Shown here: one piece after another, positions 1-9,453 of the stretch
Layout of the letters: each line of letters opens with the position of its first letter
Numbering within the stretch: position 1 is the first letter of the stretch
Notes under the pieces: model-generated
Seen by the model: the letters and a program-made list of their open reading frames with translations, nothing else
The model's database searches: none
What the model was told of the DNA's origin: nothing
NCBI GenBank assembly: GCA_945787105.1
Contig: CALZGZ010000040.1
Location: forward strand, 1 to 51,802
DNA length: 51,802 nucleotides
From: an uncultured Gammaproteobacteria bacterium
Lineage (GTDB): Bacteria > Pseudomonadota > Gammaproteobacteria > Arenicellales > JAANXG01
Direction of reading: 5' to 3'
Translations under genes and position numbers: made by a program

Positions 1-941
1 TCCTTGAATCGGTGGCCAAGGCCGGTAAGCCACTGATGATAATCGCCGAGGATGTCGACGGCGAGGCGCTGGCTACGCTGGTGGTCAACACCATCCGCGG
101 CATCGTAAAGGTGTGCGCCGTAAAGGCCCCTGGCTTCGGCGACCGCCGCAAGGCAATGTTGCAGGACGTCGCGATCCTTACCGGCGGTAATGTGATCAGC
201 GAAGAGGTCGGCATGAGCTTGGAGGCCGCGAGCCTTGACGACCTTGGTCATGCCAAGCGCGTTCAAATAACCAAGGAAAATTCCACCATCATCGATGGCG
301 CCGGCAAGACCGAAGACATCGAGGCACGCGTAAATCAAATTCGCTCCCAGATCGAAGAAGCCACTTCAGATTACGACAAGGAGAAGATGCAAGAGCGAGT
401 CGCCAAGCTCGCCGGTGGTGTGGCGGTAACCAAGGTCGGCGCCGCAACTGAAGTGGAAATGAAGGAGAAAAAGGCCCGCGTCGAGGACGCCCTGCATGCC
501 ACCCGTGCAGCAGTGGAAGAGGGTGTGGTGCCGGGCGGCGGCGTGGCGCTGGTTCGCTGCATCGAGAGTGTAGGAAAAGCTAAGGGCGAGAATGCCGACC
601 AAGACACCGGGGTTCGGATTGTGTTGCGCGCGCTGGAAGAACCACTGCGTCTGATCGTCACCAATGCCGGTGAAGACGGTTCGGTTGTTCTCAACAAGGT
701 CCGTGAGAGTAAAGGCAACACCGGTTACAACGCCGCCACGGAAGAGTACGGTGACATGATGGAAATGGGTATCCTGGATCCGACCAAGGTAACCCGCATC
801 GCGTTACAGAACGCGGCCTCCATCGCCGGCTTGATGATCACCACCGAAGCCATGGTGGCAGAAATCCCGGAAGAGAAACCGGATATGCCAATGGGTGGCG
901 GCGGCATGGGTGATATGGGTGGCATGGGTGGCATGATGTAA
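1..941 (+). CDS. groEL: Chaperonin GroEL (Cpn60), C-terminal ~310 aa; 5' end outside window
   Basis: The frame is open from the window edge (codon phase from nt 3) to TAA 939-941. [38 protein letters not shown] and the Gly-Met tail [16 protein letters not shown] are diagnostic of GroEL. Confidence 0.97.
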   Translation, partial: LESVAKAGKPLMIIAEDVDGEALATLVVNTIRGIVKVCAVKAPGFGDRRKAMLQDVAILTGGNVISEEVGMSLEAASLDDLGHAKRVQITKENSTIIDGAGKTEDIEARVNQIRSQIEEATSDYDKEKMQERVAKLAGGVAVTKVGAATEVEMKEKKARVEDALHATRAAVEEGVVPGGGVALVRCIESVGKAKGENADQDTGVRIVLRALEEPLRLIVTNAGEDGSVVLNKVRESKGNTGYNAATEEYGDMMEMGILDPTKVTRIALQNAASIAGLMITTEAMVAEIPEEKPDMPMGGGGMGDMGGMGGMM

Positions 942-972
942 TCTGCCTTACCTCCATTATAATGATCAAAAA

Positions 973-998
973 CCCCGCTCTTCGAGCGGGGTTTTTTT
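973..998 (+). terminator. Rho-independent terminator of groEL
   Basis: GC-rich hairpin ccccgct-cttcg-agcgggg (973-991) is followed directly by seven T (992-998), 32 nt after the groEL stop. Confidence 0.85.
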
Positions 999-1153
999 AT
1001 GGTTCTGCTGACTGCACGATGGGATATACCAAACCCAACTTGCGAACAATCTTATGCCCTGGCGTTGCAAACCGCGGGTGCCGGGCAGGGCAAGGTGGCG
1101 CCGGCGCCCGGCGTAATGAGAAATGAGAAATGAGATAAGCCGGGCAATGACCG

Positions 1154-1168
1154 TGGCGTTGGTGTTGC
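1154..1168 (+). promoter_or_regulatory. Candidate sigma-54 (-24/-12) promoter upstream of aapJ
   Basis: tGGcgttggtgttGC matches TGGCAC-N5-TTGC with exact GG/GC spacing, about 95 nt upstream of the aapJ ATG. This rests on sequence match only. Confidence 0.35.
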
Positions 1169-1262
1169 GGTGTGGTTGTGTTAGCTTTGTCTCCCTCGGA
1201 TATCAACAACCGCTGTCCGGGCGTGGTGACCGGATAGTCAATACCCCTGGGAGGAAGACACA

Positions 1263-2282
1263 ATGAAGACGTTGAAATCACTCGCGGCAAGCGTTGTGTT
1301 ACTGACGCTGTCCATTGCCGTTGCGCAAGCGGCAACCCTCGATACGGTCAAACAGCGGGGGCACGTCCAGTGCGGCGTCAATACCGGTCTGCCTGGTTTT
1401 TCGTTTCCGGATGACCGCGGGAAATGGAGCGGCCTGGACGTCGACGTGTGTCGGGCGATCGCCGCCGCCGTATTCGGCGACGCCGGCAACGTCAAGTTCA
1501 CCCCGTTGACCGCCAAGGAGCGGTTCACCGCGCTGCAGTCCGGTGAAATCGACGTATTGTCGCGTAACACCACCTGGACAACGACCCGCGACACCTCACT
1601 GGGGCTGAATTTCGCAGGCGTGAACTATTATGACGGCCAAGGCTTCATGGTGAAAAAAAGCCTGGGCGTAAACAGCGCCAAAGACCTCGGCGGCGCCAGT
1701 GTTTGCATCCAGGCCGGCACCACCACCGAGCTCAATCTCGCCGATTACTTTCGGTCGAGAAACATGAAATACACGCCCATCACGTACGATAAAGCGGCGG
1801 AGACGGTTGCCGGTTTCGACGCTGGCCGCTGTGACGTGTTGACCTCTGATCAGTCCCAACTCTATGCGCTACGCATTCAATTGAAGGATCCCGGTGGCGC
1901 CATCGTGCTACCGGAGGTCATTTCTAAAGAACCACTCGGACCCGTGGTACGTCAAGGTGACGATCAGTGGTTCAACGTCGTCAAATGGAGCCTGTTCGCG
2001 ATGCTGGAAGCCGAGGACATGGGGGTGGACTCGAAGAACGTCGACGACATGAAGGCGAATAGCAAAAACCCCGCCGTGCGCCGGTTGCTGGGGCTCGAGG
2101 GAATCGGTGGCAAGGGCCTCGGATTGCCCAATGAGTGGGCTTACAACATTGTCAAAATGGTCGGCAACTACGCCGAGGCGTTTGATCGTAACGTGGGCAC
2201 GGGCAGTAAGCTCAACATTGCGCGCGGTATCAATGCGCTGTGGAAAGACGGCGGTCTGCAATACGCGCCGCCATTTCGTTAA
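1263..2282 (+). CDS. aapJ: General L-amino-acid ABC transporter, periplasmic substrate-binding protein
   Basis: 339-aa ORF with signal peptide MKTLKSLAASVVLLTLSIAVAQA and SD gggagg at 1248-1253. It resembles the AapJ/BztA family (TLDTVKQRGHVQCGVNTGLPGFS...) and is followed by two permease genes and an ATPase gene. Confidence 0.9.
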   Translation: MKTLKSLAASVVLLTLSIAVAQAATLDTVKQRGHVQCGVNTGLPGFSFPDDRGKWSGLDVDVCRAIAAAVFGDAGNVKFTPLTAKERFTALQSGEIDVLSRNTTWTTTRDTSLGLNFAGVNYYDGQGFMVKKSLGVNSAKDLGGASVCIQAGTTTELNLADYFRSRNMKYTPITYDKAAETVAGFDAGRCDVLTSDQSQLYALRIQLKDPGGAIVLPEVISKEPLGPVVRQGDDQWFNVVKWSLFAMLEAEDMGVDSKNVDDMKANSKNPAVRRLLGLEGIGGKGLGLPNEWAYNIVKMVGNYAEAFDRNVGTGSKLNIARGINALWKDGGLQYAPPFR

Positions 2283-2296
2283 TCAATCGCTAACGA

Positions 2297-2332
2297 CTGC
2301 ACCGGCGCGCTCCGCGCGCCGGTGCAGTTTTG
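2297..2332 (+). terminator. Intra-operon hairpin (partial terminator/attenuator) after aapJ
   Basis: Near-perfect 14-bp GC stem ctgcaccggcgcgc / gcgcgccggtgcag is followed by tttt, 15 nt after the aapJ stop and 23 nt before aapQ. Confidence 0.55.
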
Positions 2333-2354
2333 CGGATACGGATATGGCGGATAG

Positions 2355-3551
2355 ATGACCGAAAAAAAACCAACCGCCGCCGCACCTTCCGCGCCCAAGA
2401 CGCCAATATGGAATAACCCGACGTTTCGCTCGGTGGCGTTTCAAGCCATCGTTTTGATGTCGGTGGCCGCGTTTTTTGTATACATTGCCAACAACACGCT
2501 GACCAATATGGCGCAGCGGGGCATTGCCACCGGTTTCGGGTTTCTGGATTTACAGGCCGGATTTGGCATCCTGATGTCATTGATCGAGTACGATGAAACC
2601 CACACCTACGGGCGCACCTTCTTCGTAGGCCTGTTCAACACCCTTCTGGTTTCATTTCTCGGTATCTTCTTCGCCACCCTGCTGGGTTTCATCATCGGTA
2701 TCGGGCGGCTGTCGCGGAACTGGCTGATTGCCCGGGTCGCAGCGGCCTATATCGAGATTTTCCGCAACATCCCATTGCTGCTGCAGATCCTGTTCTGGTA
2801 CTTCGCGGTGCTCAGCGCGCTGCCGTCGCCGCGTAACAGCCTGTCGTTGCTCGATCTATTTTTCCTAAATGTGCGCGGGTTGTACTTACCGGCACCGCAA
2901 CCGGAACCGGCCTTCACCGCCGTGAGCGTGGTCTTCGCGCTCGGCACCATTTCAAGCTTTTTCGTCGCTCGATGGGCGCACAAGAGACAGGACCTTACCG
3001 GACAACAATTTCCGGTATTGCTTACCGTCCTCGGCCTCATCATTGGCCTACCGATACTCGTGTTCGCAGTGACCGGCTTTCCGTTGACCTGGGACATGCC
3101 GAGACTTCAAGGTTTCAATTTCCGCGGTGGACTGTCGGTGATACCCGAACTCGTGGCCTTGCTGCTCGCGCTGTCGATCTACACCGCCGCGTTTATTGCC
3201 GAAATCGTGCGCGCAGGAATTCTCGCTGTCAGTCACGGACAAACTGAGGCATCTTTTGCGCTGGGACTGCGCCCCACTCTGACACTGCGGTTAGTGGTCA
3301 TTCCCCAGGCGTTTCGCGTCATCATCCCGCCGTTGACCAGCCAATATTTGAACCTCACCAAGAACTCGTCATTGGCGACCGCGGTGGGCTATCCCGATCT
3401 GGTGGCGGTATGGGCCGGCACCACGCTGAACCAGACCGGGCAGGCGGTGGAAATCATTCTCATGACGATGGCGGTGTATCTGACAATTAGCCTCGTGATT
3501 TCAATGTTCATGAACTGGTACAACAAAAAAACTGCCCTCGTGGAGCGCTGA
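2355..3551 (+). CDS. aapQ: Amino-acid ABC transporter permease
   Basis: 398-aa multi-pass membrane ORF with a HisM/GlnP-type permease core (EIFRNIPLLLQILFWYF, EIVRAGILAVSHGQTEA). Its position matches aapJQMP order. Confidence 0.88.
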   Translation: MTEKKPTAAAPSAPKTPIWNNPTFRSVAFQAIVLMSVAAFFVYIANNTLTNMAQRGIATGFGFLDLQAGFGILMSLIEYDETHTYGRTFFVGLFNTLLVSFLGIFFATLLGFIIGIGRLSRNWLIARVAAAYIEIFRNIPLLLQILFWYFAVLSALPSPRNSLSLLDLFFLNVRGLYLPAPQPEPAFTAVSVVFALGTISSFFVARWAHKRQDLTGQQFPVLLTVLGLIIGLPILVFAVTGFPLTWDMPRLQGFNFRGGLSVIPELVALLLALSIYTAAFIAEIVRAGILAVSHGQTEASFALGLRPTLTLRLVVIPQAFRVIIPPLTSQYLNLTKNSSLATAVGYPDLVAVWAGTTLNQTGQAVEIILMTMAVYLTISLVISMFMNWYNKKTALVER

Positions 3552-3555
3552 TCCT

Positions 3556-4671
3556 ATGATCCAGTCGACGCCGCGCGATACGTTTAAACGGGTTCGGGAT
3601 ATGCCCCCACCGGTGTTGACCATCGGGGTGCTCGGCTGGCTGCGAACCAACCTGTTTTCATCGGCCGCGAACACGGTGTTGACACTGTTTGCGGTCTATC
3701 TGCTCTATGTTGCGATACCGCCGGTGATCAATTGGGCATTCATAGCTGCGGATTGGGTCGGTACGAGCCGCGAGGATTGCACCGGCGGCGGCGCTTGCTG
3801 GGTGTTCGTCCTCGCGCGGCTCAATCAGTTTATCTACGGCTTCTATCCCGACGCCCAGCAATGGCGCGTGAATTTGGCTTTCGGTCTATTGATCGCGCTG
3901 TTCGTGCCGCTGTTCGTAAGGAGTTTCCCCAATAAAACCTGGCTGGGTTTTTTTCTGTTGTTCGGTTATCCGATCATCGCGTTCGTATTGTTCTACGGCG
4001 GCGTACTGGGCTTGCCCTTAATTTCTACTGACCAGTGGGGCGGATTAATGCTGACGCTGATCATCTCTGCGGTGGGGATGGTCGCGTCTTTGCCGCTCGG
4101 TGTTTTATTGGCGCTGGGTCGCCGTTCGGAGATGCCCATCGTCCGTGCTTTCAGTGTGGCCTTCATCGAACTTTGGCGAGGCGTACCGCTGATCACTGTG
4201 TTGTTCATGTCGTCGGTTATGCTGCCGCTGTTCTTACCCGAAGGCGTAACCTTCGATAAGTTGCTGCGTGCGCTGATCGGAATCACTTTGTTCGAGTCTG
4301 CGTATATGGCGGAGGTTGTCCGCGGTGGGCTGCAGGCGATCCCGACCGGACAATATGAGGCGGCCAAAGCGCTGGGCCTCAACTTCTGGAAAAGTATGTT
4401 GCTGATTATCCTGCCCCAGGCACTGAAGCTGGTGATTCCGGGAATCGTGAATACTTTAATTGCGCTGTTTAAAGACACGACGTTGGTTATTATCATTGGG
4501 CTTTTCGATATTCTTGGGGCAGTAGAATCCGCCATCAAAGATCCCAGTTGGCTGGGATATGCCGTCGAGGGTTATGTGTTCGCGGCGTTCATATTCTGGA
4601 TTTTCTGCTACGGTATGTCGCGCTACAGTCAGGGGCTGGAACGTAAGTTGAGCACCGGCCACAATCGCTGA
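3556..4671 (+). CDS. aapM: Amino-acid ABC transporter permease
   Basis: 371-aa membrane ORF starting 4 nt after the aapQ stop. It carries the EAA-loop-like motif AEVVRGGLQAIPTGQYEAAKALGL. Confidence 0.88.
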   Translation: MIQSTPRDTFKRVRDMPPPVLTIGVLGWLRTNLFSSAANTVLTLFAVYLLYVAIPPVINWAFIAADWVGTSREDCTGGGACWVFVLARLNQFIYGFYPDAQQWRVNLAFGLLIALFVPLFVRSFPNKTWLGFFLLFGYPIIAFVLFYGGVLGLPLISTDQWGGLMLTLIISAVGMVASLPLGVLLALGRRSEMPIVRAFSVAFIELWRGVPLITVLFMSSVMLPLFLPEGVTFDKLLRALIGITLFESAYMAEVVRGGLQAIPTGQYEAAKALGLNFWKSMLLIILPQALKLVIPGIVNTLIALFKDTTLVIIIGLFDILGAVESAIKDPSWLGYAVEGYVFAAFIFWIFCYGMSRYSQGLERKLSTGHNR

Positions 4672-4947
4672 CATGGTCGTATATAACACCAAGGCGCCCC
4701 GCCCCTGTTTGTTGGATATACACCGGGGGGACCCGCAGTGTCTTTTCTAGGAAATAACGACATCGATGCGCCGGATTGCTCGGCAAAGCCAGGGGCGGGA
4801 CTATCCCGGCGCTGGCTCGGTCTCGAACGCCTGTACTTGCGCTTCACTCAACCCATAGCTACGGCTATGCATTTCGCTCCAACGCGGCGTCCAACCGCCC
4901 GATCCCTTCGCCATCATCCGGGATCCTTGGTGCAATACACGACCTGG
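4672..4947 (+). mobile_element. MITE-like repeat, full-length copy A (276 bp) in the aapM-aapP spacer
   Basis: Imperfect TIRs are catggtcgtatataacaccaag (4672-4693) and cttggtgcaatacacgacctgg (4926-4947), 17/22 complementary. The 88-nt core 4802-4889 is 83/88 identical to copy B and 70/88 to copy C. Confidence 0.85.
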
Positions 4948-4955
4948 GAGACAGC

Positions 4956-5735
4956 ATGAACGACATCGAATCACCACAATCCAGCTCCCAGGTCGCCGAC
5001 GACGTCATCATCCTCATCGAGGCGATGCATAAGTGGTATGGACAGTTTCATGTGCTCAAAGAAATCAACTTGAAGGTAAGAAAAGGCGAGCGCTTCGTGA
5101 TATGCGGTCCGTCCGGTTCCGGAAAATCAACCTTGATTCGTTGTATCAACCGGCTCGAGGAGCACCAAAAGGGGCGCATCGTGGTTGACGGCACCGAACT
5201 CACCGATGACCTCAAGAACATCGAAAGCGTACGCCGTGAAGTTGGAATGGTGTTCCAACATTTCAATTTATTCCCCCACCTGTCCATTCTCGAGAACTTG
5301 GCGCTGGCACCGATCTGGGTGCGCAAGCTGCCCCGCGCAGAGGCAGAAGACATCGCTATAAAATATCTCGAACGCGTCAAAATTCCTGAGCAAGCCAGCA
5401 AGTATCCGGGCCAACTGTCCGGCGGTCAACAACAGCGGGTGGCCATTGCCCGAGCATTGTGTATGAATCCGAAGGTCATGTTGTTCGATGAGCCGACTTC
5501 GGCGCTGGATCCGGAAATGATCAAAGAAGTCCTGGATGTCATGGTCGAACTCGCCGAGGAGGGTATGACCATGCTGTGCGTGACTCACGAAATGGGGTTC
5601 GCGAAGACGGTGGCGAATCAGATGATCTTCATGGATGAGGGACAAATCGTCGAACAGAACGAACCCGAAGAGTTCTTTACCAACCCCCAGTCCGAACGCA
5701 CCGAGCAGTTCCTGAGCCAGATCCTTACCCATTAA
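4956..5735 (+). CDS. aapP: Amino-acid ABC transporter ATP-binding protein
   Basis: Walker [10 protein letters not shown], signature [15 protein letters not shown] and Walker [12 protein letters not shown] are present. I start it at ATG 4956 (MNDIESPQ..., SD gggag 4946-4950). The 4776 start in the ORF track lies inside the repeat element. Confidence 0.92.
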   Translation: MNDIESPQSSSQVADDVIILIEAMHKWYGQFHVLKEINLKVRKGERFVICGPSGSGKSTLIRCINRLEEHQKGRIVVDGTELTDDLKNIESVRREVGMVFQHFNLFPHLSILENLALAPIWVRKLPRAEAEDIAIKYLERVKIPEQASKYPGQLSGGQQQRVAIARALCMNPKVMLFDEPTSALDPEMIKEVLDVMVELAEEGMTMLCVTHEMGFAKTVANQMIFMDEGQIVEQNEPEEFFTNPQSERTEQFLSQILTH

Positions 5736-5781
5736 TATTAGTCGGTTGTGGGCCCAGCTCATGTTCACTAGTAGAAATTGA

Positions 5782-6420
5782 TTAAGTCCGTTTTCGCGCC
5801 AGCATCATACCGTCGCGCACGGTGAGCAAGACGTTCTCCACCCGATCGTCTCGCTGTACGCGTTGGTTGAACGCCACCAGCGCGTGATCGGTATCTTTTT
5901 TTGGATCCAACACACGACCCGACCACAAGGTGTTATCGGCTACCAACAACCCCTCCGGCCGGAGTAACGACAGGGCCTTCTCATAGTATTGCCGGTAGTT
6001 TTCCTTGTCTGCATCGAGAAACACCAGATCGAATGGCCCAATTACCGTGTCCAGGGTTTCCAGCGCCGGTCCCAACACAATGCGGATCTTATCGCCGTGG
6101 GGGCTGCGACTAAAAAACGACTTCGCAATTGCGCAGTGCTGGTGGTCGATCTCGCAACTGATCAGTTCCCCATCCACTGGCAGTACCTCGGCCATGGCCA
6201 GTGCCGAATAACCGGTAAACAAACCAATCTCCAATACCCTGCGGGCGCCGATGAGCTGGACCAGCATTCGTAAAAATCCCGCCTCGAGCGGCCCAGTCAC
6301 CATTTGTGGGTTGGCACAGTGTTCGTAGGTATAGGTCTGGAGTTCCTGCAATAAAGGCGAGACACCACGGGAGTGGGCGATGGCGTATTCTTCGAGCCTG
6401 GTATCGATGAGCGGTATCAT
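5782..6420 (-). CDS. Class I SAM-dependent O-methyltransferase (caffeoyl-CoA OMT-like family 3)
   Basis: 212-aa ORF with SAM motif VLEIGLFTGYSALAMA and the FDLVFLDADKENY motif typical of family 3 O-methyltransferases. Confidence 0.8.
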   Translation of the reverse strand: MIPLIDTRLEEYAIAHSRGVSPLLQELQTYTYEHCANPQMVTGPLEAGFLRMLVQLIGARRVLEIGLFTGYSALAMAEVLPVDGELISCEIDHQHCAIAKSFFSRSPHGDKIRIVLGPALETLDTVIGPFDLVFLDADKENYRQYYEKALSLLRPEGLLVADNTLWSGRVLDPKKDTDHALVAFNQRVQRDDRVENVLLTVRDGMMLARKRT

Positions 6421-6491
6421 GTTTGTGAGATCATTAGAAAAGCCGTTAGGCTGTCAGATTATAACCAGCAAGGAAAGAGCTTTGTGGCGCC

Positions 6492-9401
6492 ATGAGTAAG
6501 ACGTTGTCGGCAACAAAAAAACCGCCCTGTTTCGATGGGATTCCCGACTCCCTGCAAGAGCGCCTGGCACAGTATTGGCAAGACTTTCAGGCAGCTTCCC
6601 GCGAGCAGATGGGTGCGCTGAAGATAAACGTCCGTCAACAGCGTCAGTTGCTCCAGGTGTGGGCTGGCAGCGATTTCGTTGCCAAAACCTGCCTACAAAA
6701 GCCGGCCTTAGTGTCGGACTTGATGCAAAGCGGCGATCTGGACCGTACCTACGACCCAGGTGAGCTGATGCGACGCGCCGCGACGGTGTTCGCAAACGTT
6801 GCGGACATGGCCACGTTACAGCGCGTCATGCGCCGGTTTCGGTTACGCGAGTCGGTGCGTATCGCATGGCGGGATCTGGCGGGTATGGCTTGTCTAGACG
6901 AGGTCATGGCGCTGATGACGGAACTGGCGGACTGCTGTGTCCAGCAGGCGCTGGATTACGCCTATCGCTGGATGACCGAGTCGATGGGAACGCCCCGTGA
7001 CAAGTCAGGCGGGCAATCGGTGCCGTTTATTGTCTTGGGGTTGGGCAAGCTTGGCGGCAGGGAACTGAACTTCTCCTCTGATATCGATTTGATCTTTACC
7101 TACGGCGCGGATGGCGAAACCGATGCCCAGCGGCCGATTAGTAACCACCAGTTTTTCACCAAGCTTGGGCGGGAACTGATTTCGGCATTGGAGACCAGGA
7201 CCGAGGACGGCTACGTGTTTCGTGTCGACATGCGGCTACGCCCCAATGGCCGTAGCGGTCCACTGGCCTTGTCGTTTGACGCCACGGAAAACTACTACCA
7301 GACCCATGGCCGCGGTTGGGAACGTTATGCGTTAACCAAGGCACGCGTGGTTGCCGGCGACCGACAGGCGGGTGAACGGCTATTGGCGCGTTTACGCCCC
7401 TTTGTTTATCGCAAATATCTGGATTATGGCGCGTTCGAATCGATCCGCGAGATGAAGCAACTGATCGAACGCGAACTGGAGCGCAAGGATATCGCGCGAA
7501 ACATCAAACTGGGTCAAGGAGGCATCCGCGAAATCGAATTCATTGCACAGAGCTTCCAGCTGATTCGCGGCGGTCGCGAACCTGCTTTGCAGTCCAATCG
7601 GCTATTCGAGGCACTAGATCAGCTGGATAGTATCGGGGCGCTCGAGACGAAGGTAGTCGCGGAATTGAAACAAGCCTATCTATTTCTGCGCAACTTGGAA
7701 CATCGGCTACAAATGATGCATGACCAACAAACGCATATGCTGCCGCTGGGCGACGATGAGCAAACACGACTGGCATTCGTAACCGGCTACAGCGACTGGT
7801 CCGCCTGTGAACGCCGAATCCATGAAGTGATGCAAACAGTGCACGATCACTTCAAGCAGGTTTTCGTCACCCGTACCGAGTCTCAGCCGGCAGTCATTTC
7901 ACTGCAAGACGTGTGGTTGGGCGCCGCGGACGAGGATGTCGCGCTGCAGTCTCTGGCGGTAAGTGGATACTCGGATCCCAAGACTGCGCTAGAGCAGTTA
8001 CAGGCATTTCGACACAGCAAGGCATATCACGCGCATTCAAACTACGGACGTGAGCGCGTCGATCGACTCATGCCGCTGTTAATACATCAAGCCGCATCTA
8101 CACAAAATCCGAACAACACGCTTCAGCGCCTGCTCCAACTGGTCGAGACCATTGGCCGCCGATCCGCATATCTAATGCTACTGGTTGAAAACCCTTTGGC
8201 ACTGTCGCAACTGGTCAGACTCAGCGCCGCCAGCGCGTGGATCAGCAGCTGGATTAGCCGCTATCCCTTACTGCTGGACGAATTACTGGATCCGATCTCG
8301 ACTTCAGTGTCCGTCACCCCTGAATCATTGATAGGTGAAATTCAGCAGCGGTTGGCATCGGTGAGTGGCGATGACCTCGAGGACCAGATGGAGGTTCTGC
8401 GGGAGGTTCGTCAAGCCCAGACATTAAAAGTTGCAGCCGCCGATGTGCTTGAATTTGTCACCACTCAAGATGTGGCGCGCCAACTTTGTGTGATCGCCGA
8501 GGCGATGCTCGATACGGTGGTGACGCTTGCTGGCAACAGCTTGCGCGCCGCATACGGTGAACCGAGTCCGGTGGATGAACCTAGGCGGCCGGAATTCGGT
8601 ATCGTCGCCTACGGGAAACTAGGCAGCTTCGAGCTCGGCTACCACTCCGATCTCGATCTCGTGTTTTTGCACCATGGCGCTACGCTCCATGGCATGACTG
8701 TAGGCGGCGACCGCAGCCTGCCTAATCAGCAGTACTACGGACGGCTCGGCCAGCGGATTGTCCATATGCTCACTACGCGGACACCGTCGGGGGTAATTTA
8801 CGAAATCGACACCCGGTTACGGCCCAGCGGCCGGTCCGGGCCGCTGGTCACCGCGTTGGATGCTTACCACAGCTACCAACTGCAGCGCGCCTGGACCTGG
8901 GAACATCAGGCCCTGGTGCGGGCGCGGATGGTCAACGGCAGCGAGGCGATGAAGTGCCGCTTCGAGGCGATCCGCTTTGAGGTGTTGACCCAAGCGCGGG
9001 ACCCCAAAGCGCTGAAGCGTGATATATGCGCGATGCGGCAAAAGATGGTCGATGCGCGCGATCGTTCGAACGACGATTGTTTCGATCTAAAACAGGGAAT
9101 AGGCGGAATAGTTGACATTGAGTTTATAGTCCAATATTACGTTCTTGGTTGGGCCCACATGCACCCTGAGCTGACCGGTCCGAGAAGCAGTCTCGAAGTA
9201 CTCGGTGTGCTGGAAGCCACCGGCCTGGTTAGCCATGCCGACTACCAGGTTCTGGCTGACGCTTACCGCCGTTACCTGACAACGGAGCACCGTTTGAAGC
9301 TCGCGGAACAGGCACCGCTGGTGAGTGGGGACGATTTGGCCGATACCCGCCGTATGGTGGCCGCTTTGTGGCAAAGATTTTTCGAACAGGAGTCGGCATG
9401 A
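6492..9401 (+). CDS. glnE: Bifunctional glutamine synthetase adenylyltransferase/adenylyl-removing enzyme
   Basis: 969 aa with two nucleotidyltransferase modules (GKLGGRELNFSSDIDLIF and GKLGSFELGYHSDLDLVFL). It is followed by ilvE-waaF as in Pseudomonas. Confidence 0.95.
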   Translation: MSKTLSATKKPPCFDGIPDSLQERLAQYWQDFQAASREQMGALKINVRQQRQLLQVWAGSDFVAKTCLQKPALVSDLMQSGDLDRTYDPGELMRRAATVFANVADMATLQRVMRRFRLRESVRIAWRDLAGMACLDEVMALMTELADCCVQQALDYAYRWMTESMGTPRDKSGGQSVPFIVLGLGKLGGRELNFSSDIDLIFTYGADGETDAQRPISNHQFFTKLGRELISALETRTEDGYVFRVDMRLRPNGRSGPLALSFDATENYYQTHGRGWERYALTKARVVAGDRQAGERLLARLRPFVYRKYLDYGAFESIREMKQLIERELERKDIARNIKLGQGGIREIEFIAQSFQLIRGGREPALQSNRLFEALDQLDSIGALETKVVAELKQAYLFLRNLEHRLQMMHDQQTHMLPLGDDEQTRLAFVTGYSDWSACERRIHEVMQTVHDHFKQVFVTRTESQPAVISLQDVWLGAADEDVALQSLAVSGYSDPKTALEQLQAFRHSKAYHAHSNYGRERVDRLMPLLIHQAASTQNPNNTLQRLLQLVETIGRRSAYLMLLVENPLALSQLVRLSAASAWISSWISRYPLLLDELLDPISTSVSVTPESLIGEIQQRLASVSGDDLEDQMEVLREVRQAQTLKVAAADVLEFVTTQDVARQLCVIAEAMLDTVVTLAGNSLRAAYGEPSPVDEPRRPEFGIVAYGKLGSFELGYHSDLDLVFLHHGATLHGMTVGGDRSLPNQQYYGRLGQRIVHMLTTRTPSGVIYEIDTRLRPSGRSGPLVTALDAYHSYQLQRAWTWEHQALVRARMVNGSEAMKCRFEAIRFEVLTQARDPKALKRDICAMRQKMVDARDRSNDDCFDLKQGIGGIVDIEFIVQYYVLGWAHMHPELTGPRSSLEVLGVLEATGLVSHADYQVLADAYRRYLTTEHRLKLAEQAPLVSGDDLADTRRMVAALWQRFFEQESA

Positions 9402-9453
9402 CACGGTGTCGGCTCCAACAAGATTCCGATTGGCCGGACGAGGAGTTACGACT

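Noticed and set aside
1057-1080. ccctggcgttgcaaaccgcgggtg downstream of groEL looks like a solo right TIR of the repeat family.
   Set aside because: The similarity is only partial, with no matching left end or core nearby. It is too weak to call without a statistical alignment.
1115-1135. Three tandem copies of the heptamer aatgaga in the groEL-aapJ intergenic region.
   Set aside because: A very short repeat in a non-coding location is most simply explained by replication slippage. Nothing links it to a function.
4776-4955. N-terminal 60-aa extension of the aapP ORF in the track (start at 4776).
   Set aside because: The extension lies entirely inside MITE copy A and starts with TTG without an SD. 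ATG 4956 has an SD and gives a normal ~259-aa ABC ATPase.
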